Positions 51,641-61,145 of a DNA stretch of 64,000 nt are shown here, piece by piece. Location: NCBI GenBank assembly GCA_977020255.1, contig CDROCS010002105.1, forward strand, positions 310,001-374,000, read 5' to 3'. The translations under genes and the position numbers were made by a program. The number at the start of each line of letters is the position of its first letter. Within the stretch, counting starts at the first letter, position 1. Below the pieces are notes generated by a model, which was not told where the DNA came from, did not search any database, and saw only the letters and a list, made by a program, of their open reading frames with translations. Source of the DNA: Obrimoposthia wandeli (taxonomy: Eukaryota).

Positions 51641-52081
51641 ATGTTAATACGGAAATACAAAGCTGATGATTTTGAGCAGTTAGCTCGCATATATAATGCT
51701 TCTCATCCAGATGAATTTTACTGCGAAGATGGTGATTTTTCGTTTGTTCCTTGGGAGGATGACAAGTACATTATGTCCATATTGGATGATACTGATGTCT
51801 ATGTTTGCGAGGGTAGTTCTATACTCGGTTTTTGTGGTTATTTGGAAAACCACATAAATTGGTTATTTGTTGGGCCCGAATCTAGAGGTAAGGGTGTAGC
51901 TGCCAAGCTTTTGACATATGTACTGCCAAAACTTGAAGACGGTGCAACCTTGTCTGTTTGGAAGTCAAATGAGCGTGCCAAGGCGCTTTATGAGAAGTTT
52001 GGGTTTCATCTTCAGAAAGAGTTTTCCGTTAATTTTCAGGGGAAAAATATGTTGGTAAATAAAATGGTAATCGGAAATTAG
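51641..52081 (+). CDS. GNAT family N-acetyltransferase (cassette gene)
   Basis: LFVGPESRGKGVAAKLL acetyl-CoA motif, NERAKALYEKFGF. Confidence 0.9.
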   Translation: MLIRKYKADDFEQLARIYNASHPDEFYCEDGDFSFVPWEDDKYIMSILDDTDVYVCEGSSILGFCGYLENHINWLFVGPESRGKGVAAKLLTYVLPKLEDGATLSVWKSNERAKALYEKFGFHLQKEFSVNFQGKNMLVNKMVIGN

Positions 52082-52086
52082 TTATG

Positions 52087-52115
52087 CAGTTTTGTACGCT
52101 TGGTTAGCTATCCGT
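52087..52115 (+). repeat. Internal fragment of a third attC-like site
   Basis: AGTTTTGTACGCTTGGTTAGCTATCCGT resembles AGTTTTGTGCGCTTGGTGAGTTAGCCGT of site 2. Confidence 0.5.
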
Positions 52116-52220
52116 TTCGCCTTTATAGCGTCTTATAATTGATATTTTTTTTGCTTTAGCGGCTCTTTCTACATTTTATATTCTTGGCTTCTATACTCAA
52201 TAAAAAAGAGAGAGTGCGCT

Positions 52221-52472
52221 ATGTTCATTGCTATTCAACATGAAATTACCGACCCAGAACAATTCTGGCAAAAGGCGAGTGGTGCGTTAACGCACCCACC
52301 GTCTGGAATGCGAGTACACTCGACCATGCTCAGCCAACACGAGGGGCTTTGCCAGTGTATGTGGGAAGCTGAATCTATCGATAGTGTCCGTGAATTTCTT
52401 GAACCAGAATTAGGTAATTCTTGTGTGAATACCTATTATCAAATAGATCCTGATTTAGCGATTGGATATTAA
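52221..52472 (+). CDS. Hypothetical small protein (ferredoxin-like dimeric alpha/beta barrel, DUF4242-like)
   Basis: 83 aa; HEITDPEQFW, CQCMWEAESIDSVREFL; AAGAGAGAG RBS. Confidence 0.7.
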   Translation: MFIAIQHEITDPEQFWQKASGALTHPPSGMRVHSTMLSQHEGLCQCMWEAESIDSVREFLEPELGNSCVNTYYQIDPDLAIGY

Positions 52473-52517
52473 GAAAGGTAGACTATTCGTATTTGTTGTC
52501 GATGAGTTGGGTATTAG
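52463..52517 (+). repeat. ~55-bp direct repeat, copy 1
   Basis: TGGATATTAAGAAAGGTAGACTATTCGTATTTGTTGTCGATGAGTTGGGTATTAG. Confidence 0.85.
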
Positions 52518-52654
52518 TGAATTTCAGGAAAACACTCACGTTAGGGCATCAGTTGTTATCAAAAAAGCGATGCATAATCGCGTCATCAATTAATCGCATC
52601 GAGATATTTATTATAAAAACTGCCGCAATGTAAGCGGCAGTTATTATTACTGCA

Positions 52655-54307
52655 TTACTCTGTGGTAACAGTTCGAACAGCTATGGAGTAACTTTGCTCA
52701 ATTTCACTAATTGAATATACATTCATCATGAAATCTCGGCTCTCATTAATTACCCATATATTAAAGTTGTCGTTAGATAATTCTTGATTTAATTTATCAG
52801 GTTGAATGAATAGGCCGTCATTATTTAACGTTATTTCTGAAGTCCACGCTCCATCTCCTTGATCACCAGAGTCTGTTAAGTGCTCGCCACTTATGATCCC
52901 TTTGGTATCAATAACTAGAGTATCAATGTGATAAGCAAAGTCATCAGCTTCCATACTACCTACAGGTGGAATTTCAACAGAATACAGTGTCCAAGTGCCT
53001 TCAAAATCACTTAATTTTGGTTCAGAAGCTTGTTTAATTAATGTAACAAAGCCCCAAAGGGTGTCGTCTACATCACCCAGTAACATGACATCCTTACTGC
53101 GAGAAAGGTATAACCAATCTAGGTCACCTTCATCCTGCCAACCGTCATTATTTTCATCTTGCACGCTACCAATGGGGACTTGTACATCTAACAGAGAAAC
53201 ATTACCGTTATCTTTTAGTACAAACTTTAGTTGTTCTGACTCAGGTTCATCTACGAACATCTCTGTTAGTTCAGCATCTCCCTCACTACCTATCGCTATT
53301 TTATCAATATATACCATCGGTAAATCACTTTGGCCACCTTCTCCTTTTTTAGGTAGTTCCATACCCAAGCTATACCAATTTCCTGTCAAATCGTTTTGAT
53401 TATATTGCTCGGCTAGTTTTATCATGAGCCCAAACTCACTCTCTGGCTCATCACCATCATCTCTTGCTACGAAAGCGATTTTGTCTTTACCGTAGCTTAG
53501 TCGAGCCGCATTCGTGCTGTATTCACCATCCTCAGTTTCTTTATTTAATATTTGTCCCTCTTTATTAATACTTAACCAGAATGGGTCATCATCTAAAATT
53601 GCTTCTGTTTCATGATCCTCTTCAACAGCATAGCCATTTCTATCAATGTTATAGCGAATTAAGTCGTAATCCATAACATCTATCGGACTCTGGCTTGTAC
53701 GTACAGGTAAGGTAGCGGTCATTTCAAACCAAGCACCGATTAGGTCTGCTGGTTGGTATGGTTGCCCTTGAACAAAATGACTTAACGCGGCTTCTTCTGA
53801 AATTAGATCTATCTGTAGAGGGGCTAATACAGTATTTGCTTCTTCTTCAAAGTTCTCACTCGCGGGATCAAGGCTAATTGAAGCCAGTGAAATACTAACT
53901 TCTGGTGATATAGTGATACCGTTTTCTGGATCACCATCACTATCCAATGATTGTAGTAATCGTAGCATATTCACAACGGCAGTATTGTTTGCGTCGTCAG
54001 GGGCATAGAGGGTCATAGGGGTGATTTTGCCGCTTCCTAGTACTTCGGGAAATACAGTTCCACCTAATGAAAAAGACACATTCTCTCCATCCAAGTAGCT
54101 GAAAGTACCCTCAGGGTCAGTCATACCAGATTGTGTGTCTGTTTCAAATTTTAACCCCTCAACAGGACTATCAATGAAAGTCCCATATTGAACGTCTTTA
54201 CTATCACTACTACCACCATCATTACTACTACCACCATCGTTACAAGCACCAAGCAGCGCGATTGATACAGATATCGCTATTAGATTCCAAATTCTCATTT
54301 CAAACAC
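52655..54307 (-). CDS. Large acidic lipoprotein with N-terminal adhesin-associated domain and three beta-rich repeats
   Basis: Lipobox LGAC, DGGSS duplication, FIDSPVEGL...LQSLDSDGDPENGI domain; repeats starting DLIGAW, DLTGNW, DFEGTW; alternative start 54298. Confidence 0.8.
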   Translation of the reverse strand: MFEMRIWNLIAISVSIALLGACNDGGSSNDGGSSDSKDVQYGTFIDSPVEGLKFETDTQSGMTDPEGTFSYLDGENVSFSLGGTVFPEVLGSGKITPMTLYAPDDANNTAVVNMLRLLQSLDSDGDPENGITISPEVSISLASISLDPASENFEEEANTVLAPLQIDLISEEAALSHFVQGQPYQPADLIGAWFEMTATLPVRTSQSPIDVMDYDLIRYNIDRNGYAVEEDHETEAILDDDPFWLSINKEGQILNKETEDGEYSTNAARLSYGKDKIAFVARDDGDEPESEFGLMIKLAEQYNQNDLTGNWYSLGMELPKKGEGGQSDLPMVYIDKIAIGSEGDAELTEMFVDEPESEQLKFVLKDNGNVSLLDVQVPIGSVQDENNDGWQDEGDLDWLYLSRSKDVMLLGDVDDTLWGFVTLIKQASEPKLSDFEGTWTLYSVEIPPVGSMEADDFAYHIDTLVIDTKGIISGEHLTDSGDQGDGAWTSEITLNNDGLFIQPDKLNQELSNDNFNIWVINESRDFMMNVYSISEIEQSYSIAVRTVTTE

Positions 54308-54505
54308 TCCATTATGCGACTTATTGTATAATTAGTGTAGAGCGAGCTGGTCATACCATTGACTGTATGTGGTGGTTCATTGATTGAAGTCAATTTAATT
54401 CAATGAAAAATGTGTCTTAAGAATTTATTTAGATGAACATTTTTGAGGTGTTGATATTCACATTAGTTGCAGAAAAATGTGATGTGAGGTTGCGTGTCAT
54501 TTGAG

Positions 54506-54559
54506 TGGATACTAAAAGGTAAACTATTCGTACTTGTTGTCGATGAATTGGGTGATTAG
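54506..54559 (+). repeat. ~55-bp direct repeat, copy 2
   Basis: TGGATACTAAAAGGTAAACTATTCGTACTTGTTGTCGATGAATTGGGTGATTAG. Confidence 0.85.
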
Positions 54560-54684
54560 CGGTGTAATTGTTAAAGTAGTAAATAAACAGTAAGTCACTC
54601 TCTTTACTTTGATTTTATGTTCGTTAATCTATTGGTTACACCTGTCCGCTTTGCTATACAGGTCACTATTTGAATATTCATTTA

Positions 54685-54700
54685 AGTGATACATACCACA
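54685..54700. promoter_or_regulatory. Putative CRP site upstream of ansB
   Basis: AGTGA-tacata-CCACA, 8/10 to TGTGA-N6-TCACA; ansB is CRP-dependent in enterobacteria. Confidence 0.4.
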
Positions 54701-54774
54701 AAAGTATTATGGCATCGGAATAGAATTCTGGATTAGCTAAATAACTCCAGATGAATCTCTATAGGTGTATAAAA

Positions 54775-55839
54775 ATGAAAAATAATCCAATTCGCTTAGG
54801 CATGGTTGTTGCCGGTTTGTGCTTCAGCACATTTTCTTTTGCTTCTGCCGATTTGCCGAATATTAAGATTCTTGCAACTGGCGGTACAATTGCTGGGGCA
54901 GGGCAATCAGCAACAGAATCTAACTATACATCGGGTAAAGTGGGTATCGATGAGCTGATCGCTGCTGTACCTGATATGACAAAAATTGCGGATATTAGTG
55001 GCGAACAAGTCGTTAAAATTGGCTCTCAAGATATGAACGATGAAGTTTGGCTAACACTGGCAAATAGAGTTAACGCATTACTTGCGCAAGATGATGTAGA
55101 CGGTGTCGTTATCACTCACGGTACAGATACCATGGGTGAAACAGCTTACTTCCTTGATCTGACTGTTAAAAGCGATAAGCCAGTGGTACTTGTTGGGGCG
55201 ATGCGTCCGTCTACAGCCATGAGTGCTGATGGACCAATGAACTTGTATAACGCTGTTGTAACCGCTGCAGATAAAGATTCTGAGGGGCGTGGTGTATTGG
55301 TTGCGATGAGCGACAATGTATTCGATGCTCGTGATGTGACTAAAACCAATACAACATCAGTTGATACGTTCCAATCGCCAAACTTTGGTACGCTAGGTTA
55401 TATCCACAATGGTGATGTAAAATATCAACGTAGCCCAGAACGTAAGCATACATCTGATACCGTATTTGATGTCTCTAAGTTAAAAGAGTTACCTAAAGTC
55501 GGTATCGTATATAACTACGCAAATGCTTCTGATTTACCGGTAAAAGCACTGATAGATGCAAAGTATGATGGCATTGTAAGTGCTGGTGTGGGTAATGGTA
55601 ATATGTACCACACTATTTTTGATGAGCTAGTAAAAGCGAGTAAAGATGGCACTATGGTAGTACGTAGCTCTCGTACACCAACAGGCTCAACAACACTTGA
55701 TGCAGAAGTGGATGATGCTAAATTTGGTTTCGTGGCATCAGGTACATTGAACCCACAAAAAGCCCGTATTTTATTGATGTTGTCTTTAACACAAACTCAA
55801 GATTACAAAGAAGTTCAAAAGATGTTCCAATTCTATTAA
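54775..55839 (+). CDS. ansB: Periplasmic L-asparaginase type II
   Basis: Signal peptide, ATGGTIAG, HGTDTM, GAMRP, LNPQKARILL; AGGTG RBS favours start 54775. Confidence 0.95.
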   Translation: MKNNPIRLGMVVAGLCFSTFSFASADLPNIKILATGGTIAGAGQSATESNYTSGKVGIDELIAAVPDMTKIADISGEQVVKIGSQDMNDEVWLTLANRVNALLAQDDVDGVVITHGTDTMGETAYFLDLTVKSDKPVVLVGAMRPSTAMSADGPMNLYNAVVTAADKDSEGRGVLVAMSDNVFDARDVTKTNTTSVDTFQSPNFGTLGYIHNGDVKYQRSPERKHTSDTVFDVSKLKELPKVGIVYNYANASDLPVKALIDAKYDGIVSAGVGNGNMYHTIFDELVKASKDGTMVVRSSRTPTGSTTLDAEVDDAKFGFVASGTLNPQKARILLMLSLTQTQDYKEVQKMFQFY

Positions 55840-55885
55840 GCCACTCTTTCTAGTCAGGTTTTGATATAGAGTTGATTTTTAAATG

Positions 55886-55913
55886 AAAAAAGCCGCATTT
55901 TGCGGCTTTTTTT
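55886..55913. terminator. Bidirectional terminator
   Basis: AAAAAAGCCGCA-ttt-TGCGGCTTTTTTT between convergent genes. Confidence 0.8.
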
Positions 55914-55973
55914 ATTATAAAACCTGCGATAAGTGTGATTAGCCTAAATATAATCCGCTCTAAAAATTAATAC

Positions 55974-57593
55974 TTAGGCTATTGCTTCTTCATCTAAATC
56001 AAATGAAGCATTGATCAAGTTTTTCGTGTATTCATGCTGAGGGTTATGGAATATCTCTTCGGCTGTGCCTTGTTCCATTACTTCCCCTTTTTGCATCACT
56101 AATACTCGATCAGACAGCGCTTTGACGACAGAAAGGTCATGGCTGATAAACAAGAAACCAATATCACTTTTGGCTTGAATATCTTTAAGCAAATCAATGA
56201 CTGTGAGTTGAACAGAGCGATCGAGTGCCGATGTGGGTTCATCCAATAAAATAAAGGATGGACCAAGAATCAATGCGCGAGCGATAGCGATACGCTGACG
56301 CTGACCACCAGAAAATTCATGGGGATAACGGTTAATTGAATGTGGTTCTAAGCGAACTTCTTCCAGTGCAATACGGGCCTTTTGCAAACGCTCTTGTTTA
56401 GATAAATGAGGTTGGTGCACCGTTAAACCTTCAGTGATGATTTCTCCCACCGTCATACGAGGTGACAAAGAACCGTAAGGGTCTTGGAAGACCATTTGTA
56501 CGTCTTTTTTCAGTTCAAAGCGTTCTTTATCAGTGAGTGAGCTAAGGTCGATTCCTTTGTAGGAAATTTTACCCGTAGAGGGAAGTAAGCCAATGATAGC
56601 GCGACCTAGTGTTGATTTACCTGAGCCAGACTCGCCTACAATCCCTAAAGTCTCACCTTGTTTAAGCGTGAATGAAATACCTTTTACCGCTTCAAAGTAT
56701 TGATTTTTACTTTTAATGAAGTGCGTTTTTATTAGAAATTTCACGCGAATATCTTCAGCACGAAGGAGGTCGGGAGCATTGGCTTTAATAGGATCTTTTC
56801 GACCTTTCGGAATTGAATTGATCAGCATCTGTGTGTATTCATGTTGCGGGGTGTGGAAAAGTTGTTTTGTTTTGCCTTCTTCCACTATTTCACCTTTGCA
56901 CATTACCAGTACGCGGTCAGCAAAGTGCTTTACAATCCCAAGATCGTGAGTAACAAACAGGATCGCCATTCCCATTTTAGTTTGAATTTCTTTAATTAAA
57001 TCGAGGACTTCAGCTTGAACCGTAACATCTAACGCAGTGGTCGGTTCATCAGCAATCAAGATATTGGGTTCATTGATAAGGGCCATTGCAATCATAATAC
57101 GTTGCAGCTGACCACCTGAAAATTCGTGGGAGTACTTAGTATAAGCTTGCTCAGGGTTGGGTAAATGAACGAGCTTAAAGAGCTCTAAAACACGTATTTT
57201 TGCCTGAGATTTAGATATACGGCGGTGGCACATAATAGCTTCTGCAACCTGAATGCCCACTCGTAAATAAGGGTTCAGAGAGGTCATCGGTTCTTGGAAG
57301 ATCATACCAATACGGTCGCCTCGAATAGACTGCATTTGACGTTCGGTTTTCTCTAATATTGGTTCACCGTCAAAAATAATGTTCGATTGTGAAGAGATAA
57401 TGGCATTGTCGGGTAATAGGCACATCAACGCGTTACTTGAAACTGATTTACCTGAACCGGATTCCCCTACAATGGCAAGCGTTTCGCCAGCGTGTAAATC
57501 AAAGTTGATATTTTTCACCGCATCGACCATTCCATCATTAGTAGTAAAACTGACAGAGAGGTTACGAACTTGAAGGATGGCTTGGTCTGGCAT
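55974..57593 (-). CDS. Fused double-ATPase ABC subunit, peptide/nickel (YejF/GsiA-like) family
   Basis: Two GESGSGKS Walker A motifs, two FSGGQ signatures, ADEPT and LDEPT, HEYT C-terminal motifs. Confidence 0.92.
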   Translation of the reverse strand: MPDQAILQVRNLSVSFTTNDGMVDAVKNINFDLHAGETLAIVGESGSGKSVSSNALMCLLPDNAIISSQSNIIFDGEPILEKTERQMQSIRGDRIGMIFQEPMTSLNPYLRVGIQVAEAIMCHRRISKSQAKIRVLELFKLVHLPNPEQAYTKYSHEFSGGQLQRIMIAMALINEPNILIADEPTTALDVTVQAEVLDLIKEIQTKMGMAILFVTHDLGIVKHFADRVLVMCKGEIVEEGKTKQLFHTPQHEYTQMLINSIPKGRKDPIKANAPDLLRAEDIRVKFLIKTHFIKSKNQYFEAVKGISFTLKQGETLGIVGESGSGKSTLGRAIIGLLPSTGKISYKGIDLSSLTDKERFELKKDVQMVFQDPYGSLSPRMTVGEIITEGLTVHQPHLSKQERLQKARIALEEVRLEPHSINRYPHEFSGGQRQRIAIARALILGPSFILLDEPTSALDRSVQLTVIDLLKDIQAKSDIGFLFISHDLSVVKALSDRVLVMQKGEVMEQGTAEEIFHNPQHEYTKNLINASFDLDEEAIA

Positions 57594-57605
57594 GATATGT
57601 CCTTA

Positions 57606-58100
57606 TCAATTGATGAGATGCGTTGGGTGAAATGAATCTGGGGTTACTTTTAATTGAGCAAAGTAATGGTGTGCTTTTTGTAGCTGTTCGTATTCTGCCA
57701 TCCATAGGGAATCACTTTGAGCGATACAAAAAGCCCCCATATAACGCAGAAGATCGTCACTTTGTTTATCGAGAGTCGAGCTTGTGCGTTGAACAAGAAG
57801 GCTTGTTTCAAGAGAGATAAATTGCAATAAGGCATAAGATTGATTCAAGACTGCAAATGCCCCCTGATATTGCCCCATTCGATTAAGTATTGATGATTGT
57901 GCGACAGTTGCATCACTTAATGCGATTAATAAGCATGAGAATTGACAGGGTTTAATATTCTCGTCTTCTAAAGCGAGATGGATATGTGCAGGAAGATTAT
58001 TTAACACTTCACTGTATAGGTGATGTGCTTCAGGCCAGTGGCCTTGCTCCATAAGCTGCTCTGCTTTTAAATAACGGACCCAACATTGCTGCAATTCCAT
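57606..58100 (-). CDS. Conserved hypothetical helical (TPR-like) protein
   Basis: 164 aa, all-alpha pattern, co-oriented upstream of the ABC ATPase. Confidence 0.7.
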   Translation of the reverse strand: MELQQCWVRYLKAEQLMEQGHWPEAHHLYSEVLNNLPAHIHLALEDENIKPCQFSCLLIALSDATVAQSSILNRMGQYQGAFAVLNQSYALLQFISLETSLLVQRTSSTLDKQSDDLLRYMGAFCIAQSDSLWMAEYEQLQKAHHYFAQLKVTPDSFHPTHLIN

Positions 58101-58266
58101 AAGTTACCTCGCTTTATAAGAACCTTAACGATAATGATATTTATTATCGTTTGCAAGGTAAATCAATTGTCTCTCTTTAAGTCTGAGCTGTGTGAGTGGG
58201 CTTTTCGGATTAATGAAGACAGAGTCGGGAAGGTATTTGTCTATAGAATTTTTAATATCTGTGATT

Positions 58267-58299
58267 AAAAAAATAGATCACAAGTGTGATCTATTTTTT
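58267..58299 (-). terminator. Terminator of pmbA
   Basis: AAAAAATAGATCAC-aagt-GTGATCTATTTTTT. Confidence 0.75.
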
Positions 58300-58325
58300 G
58301 TTTGTCTGATTAACGCACTGTAGTT

Positions 58326-59669
58326 CTACTTGCCTGCAATGCTCAAACGGGCAAAACGAATTTGTGGTGCAAAGAAATCACACTCGTAATCGTTGCTCAG
58401 TGTATTACTTACCGCATCAACTTCTTTCAGCATTTGATAGAAATTACCAGCAACGGTAATGCCACGAACAGCTTGAACGCGTTTACCGTCACGGCATAAG
58501 AAACCACTCGCGCCGAACGAGAAATCACCGCTAACAGCATCTGCTCCTGAGTGAACCCCTTGAAGCTCGATAAGCTCAAGGTATTCGCCAGCCATGACTT
58601 CTGCATCAGAACTTGTACCAGCCGCAATAACAGTATGACGAGGTGATACGCCTAAACCGCCTTTCGCAGAACGAGCACCATTGGCGGTATTCTCAATACC
58701 AAAGAAGTTAGCTGTATGGCTATTGTGAAGCATGTTCTGTAGCTTGCCTTCACCAATTAAAATGGTGTCTTGTGCGGCAAAACCTTCACTGTCGAAGCTC
58801 TTAATTGCAAAGCCACCTTCCACAATCGCTTTATCAGAAATTGTTAATAGCGAACTGGCTACTTGCTGCCCTAATAGGTCGCGCCAAGGGTTAATCCCTT
58901 TCATTGCCGATTGACCTGATAGGCTCATACTAAATGCACCGAACAGGTTACTGAGCGAGCTTAAGTCGAAGACGACAGAATAGTTCTGAGTCGCAATAGG
59001 GCCGCCATCAAGCAAGGCTTTAGCGATGTCATAACCATGATTGATACAGAAGTTTGCATCGAGTTGGTCAAAGCGACGCCCTGAAGACATGCCACCGTGC
59101 ATCGATTGCTTACCGTCTTGCTCGTACAAGGTGTATGCATAGCAATAGGTAGAACGCTCTTGATGGTGACAAAGCGTGCCTTGGCTATTCGCAAGAATGA
59201 TTTGGCTGTCAGATTCAGCGAAACCATTGTATGGCGAGCTAGAAGCGTGAGGCTTTGATACAACCCCGCTTTCAAGCGCCAGTGCCATTTCAATTTTATC
59301 ATCAACGGTTGCGTCATCTTGTTGATAGATTTCAGCAATGTTAGTGGTAATTTTACTGTTAATACAGCTAATGGCTTGATGTTCATCTTGCTGAGAGAAT
59401 TGGGCATTTTGCAGTGCTTGTTCTAGCATGATATCAAGGCTTTCGGGTGCTAATGATTCCGAGTAGCTGGTGGCTACACGTTGATCTTTCACTACACGCA
59501 CACCAATAACTTGACCTGATGTAACTTTATATTCTGCAAGCTCACCGTCGTTGGCTTTCAGTGAAAAGTTGTTACTGCGGTTAGCAATAACATCGGCTTG
59601 TGCACCCGCTGCTTTTACTTTTTCTAATACGTGGTCAATCGCATTTTGAAGTTTGTTTTGATCAGCCAT
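58326..59669 (-). CDS. pmbA: TldE/PmbA family protein
   Basis: FDSEG, SGDFSFG, ITVAGNF; no HExxxH; start abuts the tldD stop. Confidence 0.9.
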   Translation of the reverse strand: MADQNKLQNAIDHVLEKVKAAGAQADVIANRSNNFSLKANDGELAEYKVTSGQVIGVRVVKDQRVATSYSESLAPESLDIMLEQALQNAQFSQQDEHQAISCINSKITTNIAEIYQQDDATVDDKIEMALALESGVVSKPHASSSPYNGFAESDSQIILANSQGTLCHHQERSTYCYAYTLYEQDGKQSMHGGMSSGRRFDQLDANFCINHGYDIAKALLDGGPIATQNYSVVFDLSSLSNLFGAFSMSLSGQSAMKGINPWRDLLGQQVASSLLTISDKAIVEGGFAIKSFDSEGFAAQDTILIGEGKLQNMLHNSHTANFFGIENTANGARSAKGGLGVSPRHTVIAAGTSSDAEVMAGEYLELIELQGVHSGADAVSGDFSFGASGFLCRDGKRVQAVRGITVAGNFYQMLKEVDAVSNTLSNDYECDFFAPQIRFARLSIAGK

Positions 59670-61054
59670 TAGTTACCACCCCCAACAAGAATATTGTCAA
59701 CTTTTAGTGCAGGCTGACCAACGGTTGTTGGCACAGAACCACTTACAGAGCCACACATACCAGCCGCTAATGCAAAGTCATTACCTATCATACTAATTTC
59801 TTTCAATACTTTCGGTCCAGTACTGATCAATGTAGCTGATTTCAATGGTTTAGTGATTTTACCATTTTCAATTAAGTAGGCTTCTTGTACGGCAAAATTA
59901 AATTCACCAGTACCTGGTTGAACAGAACCGCCGCCCATCTTCGGCGCATAAATGCCGTGCTCAACACTGGCTACCATTTCATCAAGCGAGCTGTTGCCTG
60001 CTTCAATGAAGGTATTACGCATACGAGAAGTGGGTGCATATTTGTATGATTCGCGACGACCAGAACCTGTTGGCGCATAGCCCGTTTTCATGCCGCCTAA
60101 CTTATCAACCATAAAGCTGGTTAACTTACCGTCTTTAATCAGCTGGGTGCGTTGGGTTTCCATGCCTTCATCATCGATGTTGATAGAACCCCATTCATTC
60201 GTCATGGTGCCATCATCAACGGCATTGACCACGGTGTTGGCAATCATCTCGCCCATCTTATCGTGGAAAACCGAGGCTTTCTTTGCAACCGATGTGGTTT
60301 CAAGTAGGTGACCACAGGCTTCATGGAAAATAACACCACCAAAGCCGTTACCGATAATCACCGGCATTTCACCTGACGGACATGGATCGGCAAATAGTTT
60401 GACTATGGCTTGTTTAGCCACGTGTTGACCCAGATCTTTCGCATTTACGCTGTTGTGAAATTCCCAGCCAGTTAATGCGCCCGGTGCTTCAAAACCGGTA
60501 GATTGGTCGCTACCATTTTGCGCAATTGCAGTCGCTGCTATACGGGTATAATGGCGGGTATCACCAATATGAAGGCCTTCAGAGTTGAAGATTTCAATTT
60601 GTTGTTCACGTTGCAACATACGGCCGATGAACTGTGAAATTTTGTCGCTTTCAGCGCGGGCTGCATGGTTTACTTCTTTTAAAAAGGCAATTTTTTGTGC
60701 AAGTTCTGCACCTTGGCTCAGTGGGAGCTGGCAAGTGTGTTTATTGGTGTAACGATTAAGGTTTAATGCCACGCCATCAATGAGTTGCTCACGTTTATCT
60801 TTTGCGGTAAGTAGGCTAGTAACACGTTTTAATTCTTCTTCTTCCGTGCTGTTGGTGTAGCCGTAAAGTACTTTGTAACCGAAAAATAAACGAATACCGA
60901 TACCAAAATCGATGCCCGAATTGACTTTATCAACCTCACCCGAGATTAATTCAACAGAGCTTGATTGGTGATGTTCTACAAATAATTCGGCAAAATCAGC
61001 CCCAAGAAAGAGGGCATGATCGATAACTGCTTTAGCAGTAGCAGGGTTTAGCAT
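59669..61054 (-). CDS. tldD: TldD family metalloprotease
   Basis: FHEACGH (HExxxH), DDEG, RMRNTF, GMCGS Cys ligand, VGQP. Confidence 0.93.
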   Translation of the reverse strand: MLNPATAKAVIDHALFLGADFAELFVEHHQSSSVELISGEVDKVNSGIDFGIGIRLFFGYKVLYGYTNSTEEEELKRVTSLLTAKDKREQLIDGVALNLNRYTNKHTCQLPLSQGAELAQKIAFLKEVNHAARAESDKISQFIGRMLQREQQIEIFNSEGLHIGDTRHYTRIAATAIAQNGSDQSTGFEAPGALTGWEFHNSVNAKDLGQHVAKQAIVKLFADPCPSGEMPVIIGNGFGGVIFHEACGHLLETTSVAKKASVFHDKMGEMIANTVVNAVDDGTMTNEWGSINIDDEGMETQRTQLIKDGKLTSFMVDKLGGMKTGYAPTGSGRRESYKYAPTSRMRNTFIEAGNSSLDEMVASVEHGIYAPKMGGGSVQPGTGEFNFAVQEAYLIENGKITKPLKSATLISTGPKVLKEISMIGNDFALAAGMCGSVSGSVPTTVGQPALKVDNILVGGGN

Positions 61055-61145
61055 GGTTGCTCCTTGCTGAATAAAATAACCTGACCAACCTATCACTTAT
61101 CGATAACGTGTTCACATTATTAGTGCGATAGGCCGATTCTATGAA

